64,000 nt of DNA from the human T2T-CHM13v2.0 reference genome, Homo sapiens, in assembly GCF_009914755.1 (NCBI RefSeq), contig NC_060934.1. The stretch is one strand, 5' to 3'. The notes under the pieces were generated by a model. That model saw nothing but the letters and a program-made list of their open reading frames with translations, had not been told where the DNA came from and did not search any database. Of this stretch, positions 41,045 through 54,299 are shown one piece after another. The position numbers were made by a program, and so were the translations under genes. Position 1 is the first letter of the stretch, and each line of letters starts with the position of its first letter.

Positions 41045-42610
41045 TATGCAAACTAAAAGGAATGAGAGGGGTGACATCACTACAGATTCTACAAATATTA
41101 GAAGGATAAAAGAGAAAGTATAAAAAACTTTATACAAAAAATTCATCAATTTACATGAAACAGAAATTGCTAAGAGACACAAACTGTAGACCTCTCTCAA
41201 AAAGATATAGACTGAAGATCTAAATAAGTGGAGAGATATACCATGTCCATGCATCAGTATTAATAATATTCTAATAAGACTCAATAAGATTCTAATTCTC
41301 TCCAAATTGATCTGCAAATTTAAAGCAATCCCAATCAAAATGATGGTATTAATTTTTTTTTTGACACCGACAAGTTGATTCTAAACCCAAATAAGTTAAG
41401 ATGAAGAAACTGGAACAGCCAAAACAATTTCAGAATGAAAAAATTGGAAGACTCTTTATATAAAATATGCTATCTTATATTAAGTCTTACTATATAGCTG
41501 CAGTAATCAACTCACCATAATGTTGGCAAAAAGATAGATACATAGATGAACAGAACAAAATAAGAGAGTCCAGAAATAGACCCATACTTATATGGTCAAT
41601 TGATTTTTCAATAAAGGTAAAAATGCAATTCAACAGAGAAAGGATGATCTCTTCAACAAATGGTGCCGGAACAATTTGTCATCCATATGTCAAAAAAAAA
41701 AAAAAAACAACGAACCTTGACCCATACTTTGCAGCATATACTGAAACTAACTTAAAATGGAGCATAGATCTCAACGTAAAATATAAAGCTAAAAAACTTT
41801 CAGAAGAAAACAGGAGGAAACATTTTGTGACACTGGGATAGGCAAAAATTTCTCACCTGCAACACCAAAAGCAAGATTCATAAAACTAAAAATTAAACAT
41901 AGTTAAAATTAAAAACTTCTGCTCTCCAAAGGTCACAGGGTGAGGTAAAATATTGGCAAAATGCATATCTGATAGAGGATTAATATCTAGAATATTTAAA
42001 GAACTTTCAAAACTCAATAATAAAAAAAACAAATTTTTAAAAATTGGGCAAAATATTTCAACAAATACATCACCAAATAAGATATGCAAGTGGCAAATAA
42101 GCACAAGAAAAGACACTCAACATCATTAATTATCAGGGAAATGCAAATTAAAACCACAATGAGATACCAAGTGTAAAGGAAGATAAGGAACAATCAGAAC
42201 TCTCATACAGTGCTGACTGGAAGTGATTGCCACTTTGCAAAAGAGTTTCTAATAAAGTTAAACGTATACTTTTCATATGACCCAGTAAAGGAAGATGAGG
42301 AACAATCAGAACTCTCATACAGTGCTGACTGGAAGTGACTGCCACTTTGCAAAAGAGTTTCTAATAAAGTTAAACATATACTTTTCATATGACCCAGCAA
42401 TCCCACTTTTAGGTATTTACCCAAGTGAAATAAAAACCTATGTTCATAAAAAAACCTACCTCTACACCCAAATGTACATAGCCGCTTTATTTGTAATTGC
42501 CAAACACTGCAAACAACCAAAAATGTCCCTCAAATGGGAAACAGGCAAACTATGGAGTGCTACTCAACAATAAATGAAATATTATACATGCAACAATATA
42601 GATATGGATG
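41045..42610 (+). mobile_element. Old L1M ORF2/3' fragment
   Basis: gacatcactacagattctaca, agagtccagaaatagaccca, atcagggaaatgcaaattaaaaccacaatgagatacc. ORF 42295 contains YDPAIPLLGIYP..MYIAALFVIAK. Confidence 0.88.
42173..42396 (+). repeat. 112-bp tandem duplication inside the L1
   Basis: 42173-42284 vs 42285-42396, 109/112 identical. Confidence 0.97.
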
Positions 42611-42619
42611 AAGCTCTGC

Positions 42620-42965
42620 GTTTGGCGAATCCTCAAAACCACCCTCAGAACTCACTAGAGAGACTCATAAAACTCAAAAGAAACATTATACTTTTGCTTA
42701 CTGTTAATTACACTAAAATGACAACATTAAAATCAGCAAAGGGAAGAGGGGCATAGGAGACAGCAAGCACAAGCTTCCAGTTGTCCTCTCCCGGTGTAGT
42801 CATGCAGGCAGGGCTTATTTCTCCCAGCAACAACATATGCACAACATGCAGGAAATACTGGCAACCGGGAAGCTCACCTGAGGCTTAGTATTTAGGGTTT
42901 TTACTGGGGCTATTTGCATGGCTGACCTTAGTCTCCAGACCCCCCAGAGGTCAAGCTGATAACCA
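42620..42965 (-). mobile_element. MER21-related LTR fragment
   Basis: attaaaatcagcaaaggga..caagcttccagttgtcctctccc..gggaagctcacc. Confidence 0.6.
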
Positions 42966-42966
42966 C

Positions 42967-43120
42967 ATGGTGCATACCTACAGTCCTAGCTAGTTGTGAA
43001 GCTGAGGCTGGAGGATCACTTGAGCCCAAGTGTTCAAGGTTACAGCGAGCTATGGATCCTGCCACTGCACTCCAACCTCCAACAGAATGAGACCCTGTCT
43101 CAAAAACAAATGAACAAAAA
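42967..43120 (+). mobile_element. Alu right-arm / FRAM fragment
   Basis: ggaggatcacttgagccc..gccactgcactcc..gagaccctgtctcaaaaa. Confidence 0.85.
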
Positions 43121-43289
43121 CCACTAATAAAGAAAACTTTTTGGTCTTAATATAAGCAAGAATTGTTCTATTCCCTAGCAGGTGTTTTGTTTTTATCATA
43201 TAGACACTGAATTATATCACTGACCCAATTTTCTTTCTATGTAGGCTGTTAGAACATTTTATGCTATACACTTTTTACGTATTATATAA

Positions 43290-43960
43290 TTTTTTCAGCT
43301 TTTTGTTTCAAAAATTTTCAAACTTAATGAGAGAGAGAAAAAGAAGAATGAATACCCACATACCCTTCATGCAACAATACCAACAAATTGCCAATCTTAT
43401 TTCTTCTCTTTTTTTTTTTTTTTGGCTGGAATGTTTTAAAGCAAATCCCAGATGTCGTATCATCTCACCCAGGAATAGTAAAGAAAGTATCATTATCCAT
43501 TAAAGACTTTTCTTTAAAGTAACCCTACAATACCATTATCACATTTTACAAAATAAGCAATAATTCTTCAGTATCATCTAATAAGTAGTCCATACTCAAA
43601 TGTCCTCAATTACCTCAAAAATGAAATTTTTGCCATTAGTTTGTGTAAACCAGAAACAAAACAAGAACCACACATTGCATCTGATTGATAAGTCTCTTTA
43701 AATCTCATTTAATCTCATTTAAGTCATTTGTCCTGGAGAATTTCCCATATCCTAAATTCAGCTAACTGTTCCCTCATGGTATTAATTTACTATTCTATTC
43801 CCCATATTTCCTGTAAAGTGGTAGTAAGATCTAGATCTAGAGACATGATTCAGTTTCAATTTTTTGGCAAAAATAGTCCATAATAGTCCATAGGTGATAC
43901 ATGTACTTTCCTAATCCATTACATTAGGACACACATAATGTCTTGTTGTCCCACTGAGAG
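43290..43960 (-). mobile_element. L1MC-like 3' UTR fragment
   Basis: ttttaaagcaaatcccagatgtcgtatcat, aataattcttcagtatcatcta, ttttttggcaaaaata. Confidence 0.6.
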
Positions 43961-44460
43961 TGACACAGAAATAGCAGAACTTCTTAAATTTAATGACATA
44001 TGAGACCCAGATTTCTACTTTGAAAGATTCAGACAATAATGATCCCAGTAACCAAAAACAGGGAAGAGATTTTTGAGAAGACTAAATATTATCAGTGGAT
44101 TTCTCTGGGTGATAGATTTGCCAAATATATATTTTTTAATTTGTTCCAGTTTTCTGATTTTCTAAATATGGTACTCTAGAATACCATTACAAAAAAGAAT
44201 GAATATCTATTACTTTGACAATTTTTTTAAATCTTTAAAGAATTACACTATATAGTTAGTTGTAGTCCAGAGTTTGTCAAATGAGACAACAATGTTCTGT
44301 GGCCAATATAAAAGGTTTTGATCCTGTTGGAAAGGGTCCCATTTCACCAAGATGCAAATGACCTACAAAGCCCATCTTTTGCAACCCTGTGCGGGTCTCC
44401 TAAATACATTCGATGGGAGCACTAATGAATCCTCCAGAAACAGCCTAAACTATAGTTTGA

Positions 44461-44620
44461 TTTTTTTTTTTTTTTTGAGGCAGTCTCATTTTGCTACCCA
44501 GGCTTGAGTGCAGTGGTACAATCATAGCTCACTGTACTTCGAACTCCTTGGCTCAGGTGATCCTCCCACACTGGCCTCGCAAAGCACTGGGATCATAAGA
44601 ATGACACACCACACCTGGCC
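44461..44620 (-). mobile_element. Alu monomer (FRAM-like) with 13-bp TSD
   Basis: TSD taaactatagttt at 44446-44458 and 44621-44633. Confidence 0.85.
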
Positions 44621-46178
44621 TAAACTATAGTTTTATAAAGCCAACACAACTCCAGGGACTGGCACCCTAGAATGGCAGCAATGAAAGCTGTGAGCACAAT
44701 GGTTACAGGACCAACGCATTTAAAGCTTCCTTCAGTGGATGTTATTGACAATTTAAAAGTACTATTGTAAAAAAAAAAAAAAACTATTATTCATCACAGC
44801 CAGTTTGAATGCCTATAGATAGAGGCACCATTTCTGACAGAAAGCACTGTGGATGCAAACTTATTTTTGCTACATTGCTGTTATATCACTCAGTTAAAAA
44901 AAAAATGGAAATGGCAAATGAGAAAGCCCAGGACTCTGGCTATAACTACAAAGGAAGAAAAAGTTCCTTTTTGTGACTACCAACAACAGTCCTTTCCTTA
45001 CTTTCATTCTATATCACAGGATATTAACTTTCTGGAGAAGAAATGGTAAGCATTTTCATCGCCTACCATATAATTCATATTTATATGTAAGAGAAATTAT
45101 GTTTAACATAACCACATTATAGACTCATCAGAACTAAGTATCATTATTTGTAAATTTTACAAATGCCACTCATGTGTTGACATTATAAAATTAGGCTAAT
45201 CATATCATAGACTGAATCCTCAAATGTTTTTACTAAATTCAACTTCTACCTGCTGAGAAACTATAAGTATTTTTCTTCAGGAACTAAATAGGATTTCCTT
45301 GTATTATAGGTACTGCTAATAAATGAAGTTCTCTTCTTTAGCTGATAAATAGCTGTAGAATGAAATAGTTTTTAAACTTTAGATAAAATTTTCAGATTTG
45401 AAAAATAATTGATCCCTTATAGTTTTTTAAAGTTCACTTGGAAATTACGGTGATATTAACAGAATATGACAATATGTACAAACACATTTATTGCAGATAC
45501 CATATCTACTAGACAGAATATTTATATCTTTAAAATAGTGGACACATTTCCTTTTATGAAAAACTGATTTTTTTTTTTGCTTTTTTTTCCTTTTAAAAAT
45601 ATGAGCAGTAATCACATTGACTAAACAAACAGCCTTTCTTAATTCTGTGGCTTTGAGACTTCACTTAGAAGCTTTATTTAACAAAAGACATTTCTGAATA
45701 AACTACAGTCAATTATAGATTATCTAAATGTGGCTTATTAACTGTGTATTTTAAATGTCTTCTCCTGCCACCCAGAACATTTTTGGATCTCTTCCATAAC
45801 CTCACTTAGTAGATACAAACACTTCTTTCAAAAATAAATTAATCTCCAGTTTATTCAGACCATTTTGAGGACTGAAAGAGGTAAAAATCAGGAGAGAAAA
45901 CAAACCCCCAAAACAAGGTAGTAAGACACACAGGGAGGAAGAGACAAACAGGAGCTGGAGGAAGTGGAAGAGAGGAGAAGAGAACCTACGGCAGAGAAAG
46001 AACTGTAGGTTTCCCTTGGATTAAAGACTCTTCAAAGCTGCATGGAGAGGGAGGGAAATTCCAAGTTTTTGTTCTTTTACATCCTCATCTAGATGTATGA
46101 CGAACTCACTGTACAGTACATTCCAAAGCTACAAGTACATTTCAAAATTATATGCCTTTCATTTTATTTTTGGCTATA

Positions 46179-46383
46179 TAGTAAGTCCCCACTTAATGTT
46201 GTGGATAGGTTCTTGGAAACCGCAACTAAATGAAAGGAGTACAGAAGGTTCTCCAAAGTTGTTTCAATCAACCTCATTTCCTTACGACATTGATGAGGAA
46301 AAAAAAATTGGTTTCATTATACATTGTTTCACTTTTTAAGTAGACGTTTCCAAGAACTTACCAAGACATTAAGGACTTAACTA
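46179..46383. mobile_element. MER6-like (Tigger) miniature element
   Basis: Inverted ends taagtcc..ttaatgtt..ggttcttggaaac and gtttccaagaac..acattaaggactta. Confidence 0.7.
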
Positions 46384-46450
46384 TTCACTGATGTGTTCTA
46401 GAGACAAGTAAATAATCAGAAAGTACTTAAACATTCTTGGTTAAATGTCA

Positions 46451-46802
<352 letters not shown>

Positions 46803-46809
46803 ACCCCAA

Positions 46810-47020
46810 ACTTGAGCTACATTGCCTGACTTCTAATCCTAGCTCCACCATTTACTAGCTGTGTTACCATGCAAATCACTTGATCTCTCTGTGCTTTCTT
46901 ATCTATGAAATGGGAATAATTCCTATATAAAGAAGCTGCTGTGCGTGGGGATCACATAATGAACACATAATATATGCATAGAACATAGTTGAGCAAAGGA
47001 AGCACTCAATTAACTATTGC
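46810..47020 (+). mobile_element. MIR
   Basis: aatcctagctccaccatttactagctgtgt..atctatgaaatgggaataat. Confidence 0.75.
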
Positions 47021-47489
47021 TAAGAAAGGTCAGTAACAGCCCGTTTGCTTTTTTAAGAAATCAATGAAATGCTTCCTAATTTTTGAAAAATTAAATCTGT
47101 AATTACTATGTATGGTTAATCTAATCAATCATGACCATTTTGAAAAATCTCCAAATAACTCTAGTCTAAATAATTATCATCATAAAGGAACTCATCTCAA
47201 ATTATAACTATAAAATCTAATGTAAAGTAACTATATGTCAATCAAAATAGTCTTTAAAATTGGTCAACTGGATTGTTCATTATTCATCATGAAAACAAGT
47301 AATTATCTGAGAAATTTACTAATTTTAGTTCCTCCATGAAAACCAATAGAATTTCAAGAGGATAAAACACCATTGTCAGTTACAGATAAAGTATGATAGA
47401 TTAAAACAATCCAGACATTTCTACAAAGTATTTACCACAAAACATACCATAACATTAGTTTCCAAGTGAGCGGTTGCATAAGTCTAGAT

Positions 47490-47680
47490 CAGAAAGTCTT
47501 AGCCTTCGCACTAGTAACATTTTAGGAAACATAAGTTTTGGAGGGGGAGGCTATCCTCTGTGCATTTTAGGAAGCTGAGCAGCACCCCTGCCTCTGCGCA
47601 TTAGATTTCAGCAGTACCTACCTCCCCAACTCTCACCCTCCATGTGACAACCAAATGTGTCTCCAGACATTGTCAAATGA
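47490..47680 (-). mobile_element. MER20 (hAT-Charlie)
   Basis: tgtgacaaccaaatgtgtctccagacattgtcaaatg. Confidence 0.75.
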
Positions 47681-48069
47681 CAATTGCTCTACTTTGTGAG
47701 AAAATTTTTGTTTATAACAAAGTAGCATTATAATAACAACCAACTTTCTCCCATCCCTCCCCCTTTTGCCATTTTTTGAAAACTTCACAAAAAGATGGAT
47801 TATCTTCCCCAAATGCATTTTAGTATCTTGATTATACTTGCAAATGATATTGCTGCTGGCATCTATTTTATACTTACCTGATTCTCTGCAGAACCCAAAA
47901 TAATGTAATTCATTTCTCAATAATGTATGTATACATTTTAACTGTGATTCATTTTTAATTTGTCCTTTCTTCATTAGGATTAAAAATTTTAATATCTTAA
48001 ACCAGACACATTATGTTGCCAATCACTAGCACAGTACTTCAGTAAATGCACTAATACTTCTCAGCATGT

Positions 48070-48270
48070 CATAACTACTAAGCCTCTAATAAGCATTTAG
48101 CATGAATTATATCATTTAGTCCTAACAATAATCTGAATACATATTATCTCTACTTTTTCAGGTGAGGAAACTGAAGCTAAGAAAGAATAACATGCCTAAG
48201 TTATGAACATGACTTCACAGTGATAGGAAGTGACAGAACCAGGACTGGATTGCAAGCTTCCAAAGGCAGT
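48070..48270 (-). mobile_element. MIR
   Basis: atcatttagtcctaacaataa..caggtgaggaaactgaagct. Confidence 0.7.
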
Positions 48271-48324
48271 GTTTATATTCACTAGCTGGGCATGGTGGCT
48301 CACTCCTGTAATCCCAGCACCTTG

Positions 48325-48422
48325 GGATGGATGGATGGATGGATGGATGGATGGATGGATGGATGGATGGATGGATAGATAGATAGATAGATAGATAAGA
48401 TAGATAGATAAGACAGACAGAT
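48325..48422 (+). repeat. Compound tetranucleotide STR (GGAT)13(AGAT)5 plus degenerate units
   Basis: Direct read; follows a ~40-bp Alu 5' stub at 48284-48326. Confidence 0.95.
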
Positions 48423-48752
48423 AAAAATAAAAAAATTCACAACACCAGAATGATCCTAAGAACCACCATTTCAAAAACTCATAATGGACTTCGTATTTTT
48501 TGAGATCATACTGCTTTCCTCATTGAATAATTTTCAGTATGTAACTTCTAGTGTATGTAACTTTTCCAAATATATCCCTTTTCACGCTATTTATACCCTC
48601 CCACTTCAGAGCAAGCACAGCACTTATTTGAACTTCAATAGTGGCCTTTGTGATAGGATAATTTGTAGCTGAACTTGAGATTTTGTTAAAAAAATGGAGT
48701 TGAAAACATAAGATCTTGATGATCAAACCAATAAAAGCAGTGACAACCCTAC

Positions 48753-48821
48753 TTTTACTGTCTCTTAACTTAAAAAAAAAGGCAAGAATAGATGTTTTAC
48801 TGTCTCTTAACTTAAAAAAAA
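48753..48821 (+). repeat. 27-bp perfect direct repeat, period 42
   Basis: ttttactgtctcttaacttaaaaaaaa at 48753-48779 and 48795-48821. Confidence 0.9.
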
Positions 48822-49889
48822 TTGGCACTATCCATGCCAATTTATATATCTATCTAAAATTGATTATAATAAGTACTGTACATTTAATTTCTATTGAGCT
48901 TTGATTATGAGATATTAATGACATATTTCTGACAATGGCCAGACTCAAATAGAAAATAGAGGGGGGGAATAAAAGGAAGGAAGGAAACACTCACCTTTCC
49001 TCAGTTTTCCCGATTCCACTACTGCAAGGCCCTAGAGGCTCCAAAGGACACTAGAGCAAGCTAGGGTTCATGCTGCTCTCCCCTCCCCTAATTCACTGGA
49101 GGAGTGAATTAGGATTTGGCATTATGGGTTTAAAAAAAAAAGAAATCCAGAAATAGATGTAAACCCACTAAAGGGATGGTAACAACACTAGCCTCATAAA
49201 GATTAAAATAAATAATTTATTTATAAATTAAATTATAAATTTAATTAAATATTTAAAATGATTAAATAAAAAATTCAAAACAACTAGCACAGTGCCAGGC
49301 ATATAAGTGCAGAGTAAATGCTAAGTGTTCATTGCTTTTTGTTTGTCTGTTTTTGAAATGAAACGCTACTAGAAAAACTTTTAAAACACAGATGAGAGTA
49401 TCTATGGCTCTTCCTGAAATACTTACTGTGCTCTCCTCTTTCTATACCTATTCTTTCAAAATCCCCTTGCTATCAGGTTGTGCTCAGAGAATGCAAGCCT
49501 TTCTTACAGTCTCCATTTCTACCTCACAAGTCTTTATTCAGACAAAACAGCAGCAGGGAGAAAAAAAAGAAAAGAAAGAGAAAAGATCCCCTCTCCCCTT
49601 CAATGCTTTGTTTCTTTTTTTCTAAGCATGTGTGACAGTTTGATGTAGAATAATGAGTGACATCGTATCCTAGAAATAAAATTCTCAAAATTAACAAAGA
49701 GGTATTAAAAATAAATCCAAATTTACTCCATTTTGAGTTAGGAGAACTCATATTTGGAAAAGCATCACTGTGCATGTTTCATTTCCAGGACTGGGATTTG
49801 AAAGCAGTGCCTGGGGACCTTTGGCACAACATCCAGCACAGGGTAATTTTAAATAACAGTGCTATATGAATGAACTAATATTTTCCTTT

Positions 49890-50258
49890 ATCTAACCAGC
49901 AATTAAATCTATTAACTTACTTAGTAAATACTTGCAAAGGGCCTACTGTATGCCAGGTACTGTTGCCTTGTACAGGGATCCAAAAGTGAACAGGACATAT
50001 ATGGCCTCTGTTCCCACCAAGTTGACAGCACAGTAGGGATAAGACAAATAAAACGGCCTATATAATTTAGTATCACAAAGTGAGAAGTCCAACAGAAGAT
50101 ATTAAATGGATGGATGGCAGCACACAGAAGGGGCAACTAATCCAGGATTGGGGTCAGGGAAGTAGTCAGAAAATAAGTGATAGACGTGACAAAGCCTGAA
50201 GAATGAATGAAAGTCAGCCAAAGACGTGGAGAAGGGGAAAGTAAAGGGCTTCAAGCAA

Positions 50259-50293
<35 letters not shown>

Positions 50294-50610
50294 AAAAAAC
50301 AGAAAACTTGAGAGAGCATGCCACATGTGAGGAAGTTTGAGAAATTCATTAGAGTATGACTGAAGCTTAGCACGTTTAAGGGACAGCAGGGGCAGGGGAG
50401 ATTGGGAGACAGAAGAAGCATGGATAGAGCGAGTGCTGAGAGCTGAAGGTGGATATGTTAGCAGGGACCAACTGACCATGACCTGGTAAAAAGCACTTTG
50501 TGAAGCTGTATTTTAGACTAAAGGAAACTGAAGGCATTTAAGGACTTTAAGCAAGGAAGCAAAGGAATCAGCATTTAGAATAACTAATCTACCTGTGGCA
50601 CGGAAAATGG
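49890..50610 (-). mobile_element. L2 fragment containing an A30 tract (50263-50292)
   Basis: gcctactgtatgccaggtactg..ggtcagggaag..ttttagac..ttaagcaagg. Confidence 0.7.
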
Positions 50611-51448
50611 ATAGAAATAATTCAGTCTATTGAAATAAGCTTAATTTATCTCTTCCTGTAACTTTAATCCTTCCTCCTCTAATGGTACCTTACTATGGGC
50701 AATTAAAAATGTTTATATCTCTCTCATCTAAAAAAACAACAAACCCACCCACTCCCTTAACTGCATATCACCCTGCAGTTACCATTCTGTCTCTTAACTT
50801 ACAGTACATTTCTTGAAAAGTGAACTGCATGACTTTCTCCAAATAACTCCAAATAACTCTGCATGGCTTACTCCTCACTTTCCTCAGAAATCTACTCTAA
50901 TATTACCCTAAAATGGGGCTCTCTGAGCACTTTACATAAAATAGCACCACCTTCCACACCTGTGGCATTCCCTACCCCTTATCATCATCAGACACTATGG
51001 CCAAGGCGCTACACTAAGTACCTTACATGATTTCTATCATTAACAGTAATGATACGGATGAATAAAGTGAGGCTTAAAAGCTAACTTGCCAAAGGTCACA
51101 ACATTTGCTAAATGCTGAAGCCAGAACTCAGATTTAGGTAAGTTCATGGTTGGCATCACAAAATTGAAGGAGGACAAAGATAATAGCTTCTATTTTACTT
51201 TCTGTTTGAAAAGAAGACAAGGTCATCTGTTAAGAATAAGAGGAAGGTATGATATAGGAAGTCTGAAGAGAATAAAGGAGATCTAAAATAGCCCCATGAA
51301 AAATGGGAGAATGGACTAGGAAGTATTAAAGGACTACCAGGCAAAATTAAGGACCCAGTTGAAATTACAAAATATGGATTTATAGTGACAATGACCTGTG
51401 TCATTTTTCATCAGGACCAAAGATGAAGGGGCAAGTAAAGCATATAGA

Positions 51449-51681
51449 CAGTGATTCTCAACACAGGAGGGCTGGGGTGAACAATTTTCTCCCCTTGGGA
51501 CATTTGGCAATGTCTGGAAACAATTTTGTTTGTCACAATCTGCAGGAAAAGAGTTGCTACTGGCATGCAGTGGATAGAGGCTAGGATGCTGCTAAACATC
51601 CTATAATGCCAAGGACAGCACTCTAGAACAAAGAATTATTTGGATCCAAAATGTCAATAGTGCTGATGCTGAGAAACACTG
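51449..51681 (+). mobile_element. MER20, near full length
   Basis: cagtgattctcaac...gggacatttggcaatgtctgga...tgagaaacactg. Confidence 0.85.
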
Positions 51682-53029
51682 ACTGATCCAGGTTGGCAGA
51701 TTTCCTAGGCACATCAATGGGAAGACAAAGGGACAAGAAAGTTAAAAGACACTGATCAGAGTTAAGGTGATAGACCACGAAGGTGGGTAAGGCAAAGATT
51801 TAGTATGTGAGAGGCCTGACAGATCAATGAAGGGGACAAAGTGGCCTCTGTGTTTGAAATGTTCAAATGGCTGACATGTCATCAATGAGTGATCACTCTT
51901 AGGACATTACTACATTCATCGGGAATAATGTGATAGACTTTGCAGTTTTCAACTCTGAGTGACAGAGAAGAAACTATCGTTTACTGTGAAGTTGTATGAA
52001 CCAACCAGGATGCTAGTTCACATTTGTTATTTCATTTATTCCTCATGTAATACTTCTAAGAAAGGTATATTATTCCAATTTCATAAATGAAGACACTGCG
52101 ACACAGAGAGGTGAAAGTTAAGTGTATATGGTCATACGATGTGGATGACAGAGCTGGGATTCACCCCAGAATGAGTGAATCTCCAAATTCACACTTTCTG
52201 AACCAAAACGCAGGAGCCATGACTTACAAAAAAATGGGGTGGGAGAAGAGACTGGCCCATATGTTTACAGACATCTGTTTGCACACAAAGTACACACAGC
52301 CTCAGTACTTTATAGTCACGGCATAGATTTATGTATGCAAATACCTCTACTTCAAAGGAAGGCCCTCCTAATATGTGCCCTTATTTCAAACAAAGTGGTG
52401 ATCCATCAGACCAGAAGACTTTAACCATGTGGAGCCTCCCTACAACTGGGAAAATAGTATTTGTAAATATTTTTAAAATATCAATGTTCTAAAGCTACCT
52501 TTCTTAGATTAAGACCAGTGTGGGAAAAAAATATGGTGCTTCTTTTTCTTAGGTAAAATATAAAACATACATTAGAGAAAAAGAAAAATCAACAAGGCTT
52601 TCCTAACGTTTCTTGAAAAACCATTAAGCCCAGGTTCTTTTCAAAATGAGTTGAAAATGAATGTTAAAAAAAAAAAAACTGTACTATATTTAAAGATAAC
52701 ACTACTGACACTACACAGCAGGGACATGCTCTCAGCACTCATTATATCCATTTAATTAAAAAGACAGCAATAAAGAGAAAATAAAAATAGTGTTTTATAT
52801 GACTTATATACGAGTAAGCTGAGATTAACTCTATCTTTCCCATTATTTGGCAACTGAAGATATGTTATAGTATGGCATAAAACAGCCTAATTTTGCTAAG
52901 GGAAATTGATAACCTGCAGTGGGTGTTGAGAGGAGCTTGAGGGTGCTGGTAATGTGCTGTTTCTTATTCTGGGTGCTGTTTATATGAGTGTGTTCAGTTT
53001 TTAAAAATTCATTGAGATATATCCTTATC

Positions 53030-53552
<523 letters not shown>

Positions 53553-53767
53553 ATATGAGTATAAGCTACAGCAGCAGGAGTCATGGCAGGTCAAGTGTTT
53601 AGAAAGCTTCTTCCACTCTTTCACCGAGTACTGGCTGAAAGGAGTGGAGCTGAAACTGTAACTAAAGGACGCATTATGCTTTCAGAAAAATCTCAAGGAA
53701 AAGTACTGCAAGCAAGAGGAGTAACTGTTGGATGGGGGTCTAAAAGGAATGAGTGAAGAGATTCAAC

Positions 53768-53937
53768 ACTGGGATTACAGGCATGCACTACCACACCTGG
53801 CTAATTTTTATATTTTTAATAGAGACATATTTCACCATATTGGCCAGGCTGGTCTTGAACTTCTAACCTCAAGTGATTCACCCACCTCAGTCTCCCAAAG
53901 TGCTGGGATTACAGGCGTGAGCCACTGGGTCTGGCCC
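53768..53937 (-). mobile_element. Alu fragment (left arm)
   Basis: ctgggattacagg..ctcccaaagtgctgggattacaggcgtgagccac. Confidence 0.9.
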
Positions 53938-53956
53938 ACTTTTCCAGGTTCTATAC

Positions 53957-54288
53957 CAGGGGTCCCCATCCCCCGGACCATGGACCAGTACCAGTCCATG
54001 GCTTGTTAGGAACTGGGCTGCAAAGCAGGAGGTGAGCTGCCTGTGAGGGCGCATTATCTAGCCTGAGCTCTGCCTCCTGTCAAATCAGCAGCTGCATTAG
54101 ATTCTCACAGGAGGACACTGTGAACTGAGCACACGAAGGATCTAGGTTGCATGTTCCTTATGAGAATCTAATGCCTGATGATCTGGGGTGGAAGAGTTTC
54201 ATCCCAAAACTATTCACCCACCCCAGTCCTTGGAAACATTGTCTTCCATGAAACTGGCCCCTGGTGCCAAAAAGGCTGGGGACCACTG
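53957..54288 (+). mobile_element. MER1B (hAT-Charlie), full length with 8-bp TSD
   Basis: Terminal repeats caggggtcccca / tggggaccactg; TSD ttcta(t/c)ac at 53949-53956 and 54289-54296. Confidence 0.9.
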
Positions 54289-54299
54289 TTCTACACCTC

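Noticed and set aside
44250-44783. Possible processed pseudogene ending in the A-run at ~44769-44783
   Set aside because: No recognisable ORF, canonical poly(A) signal or TSD; a BLAST search would be needed.
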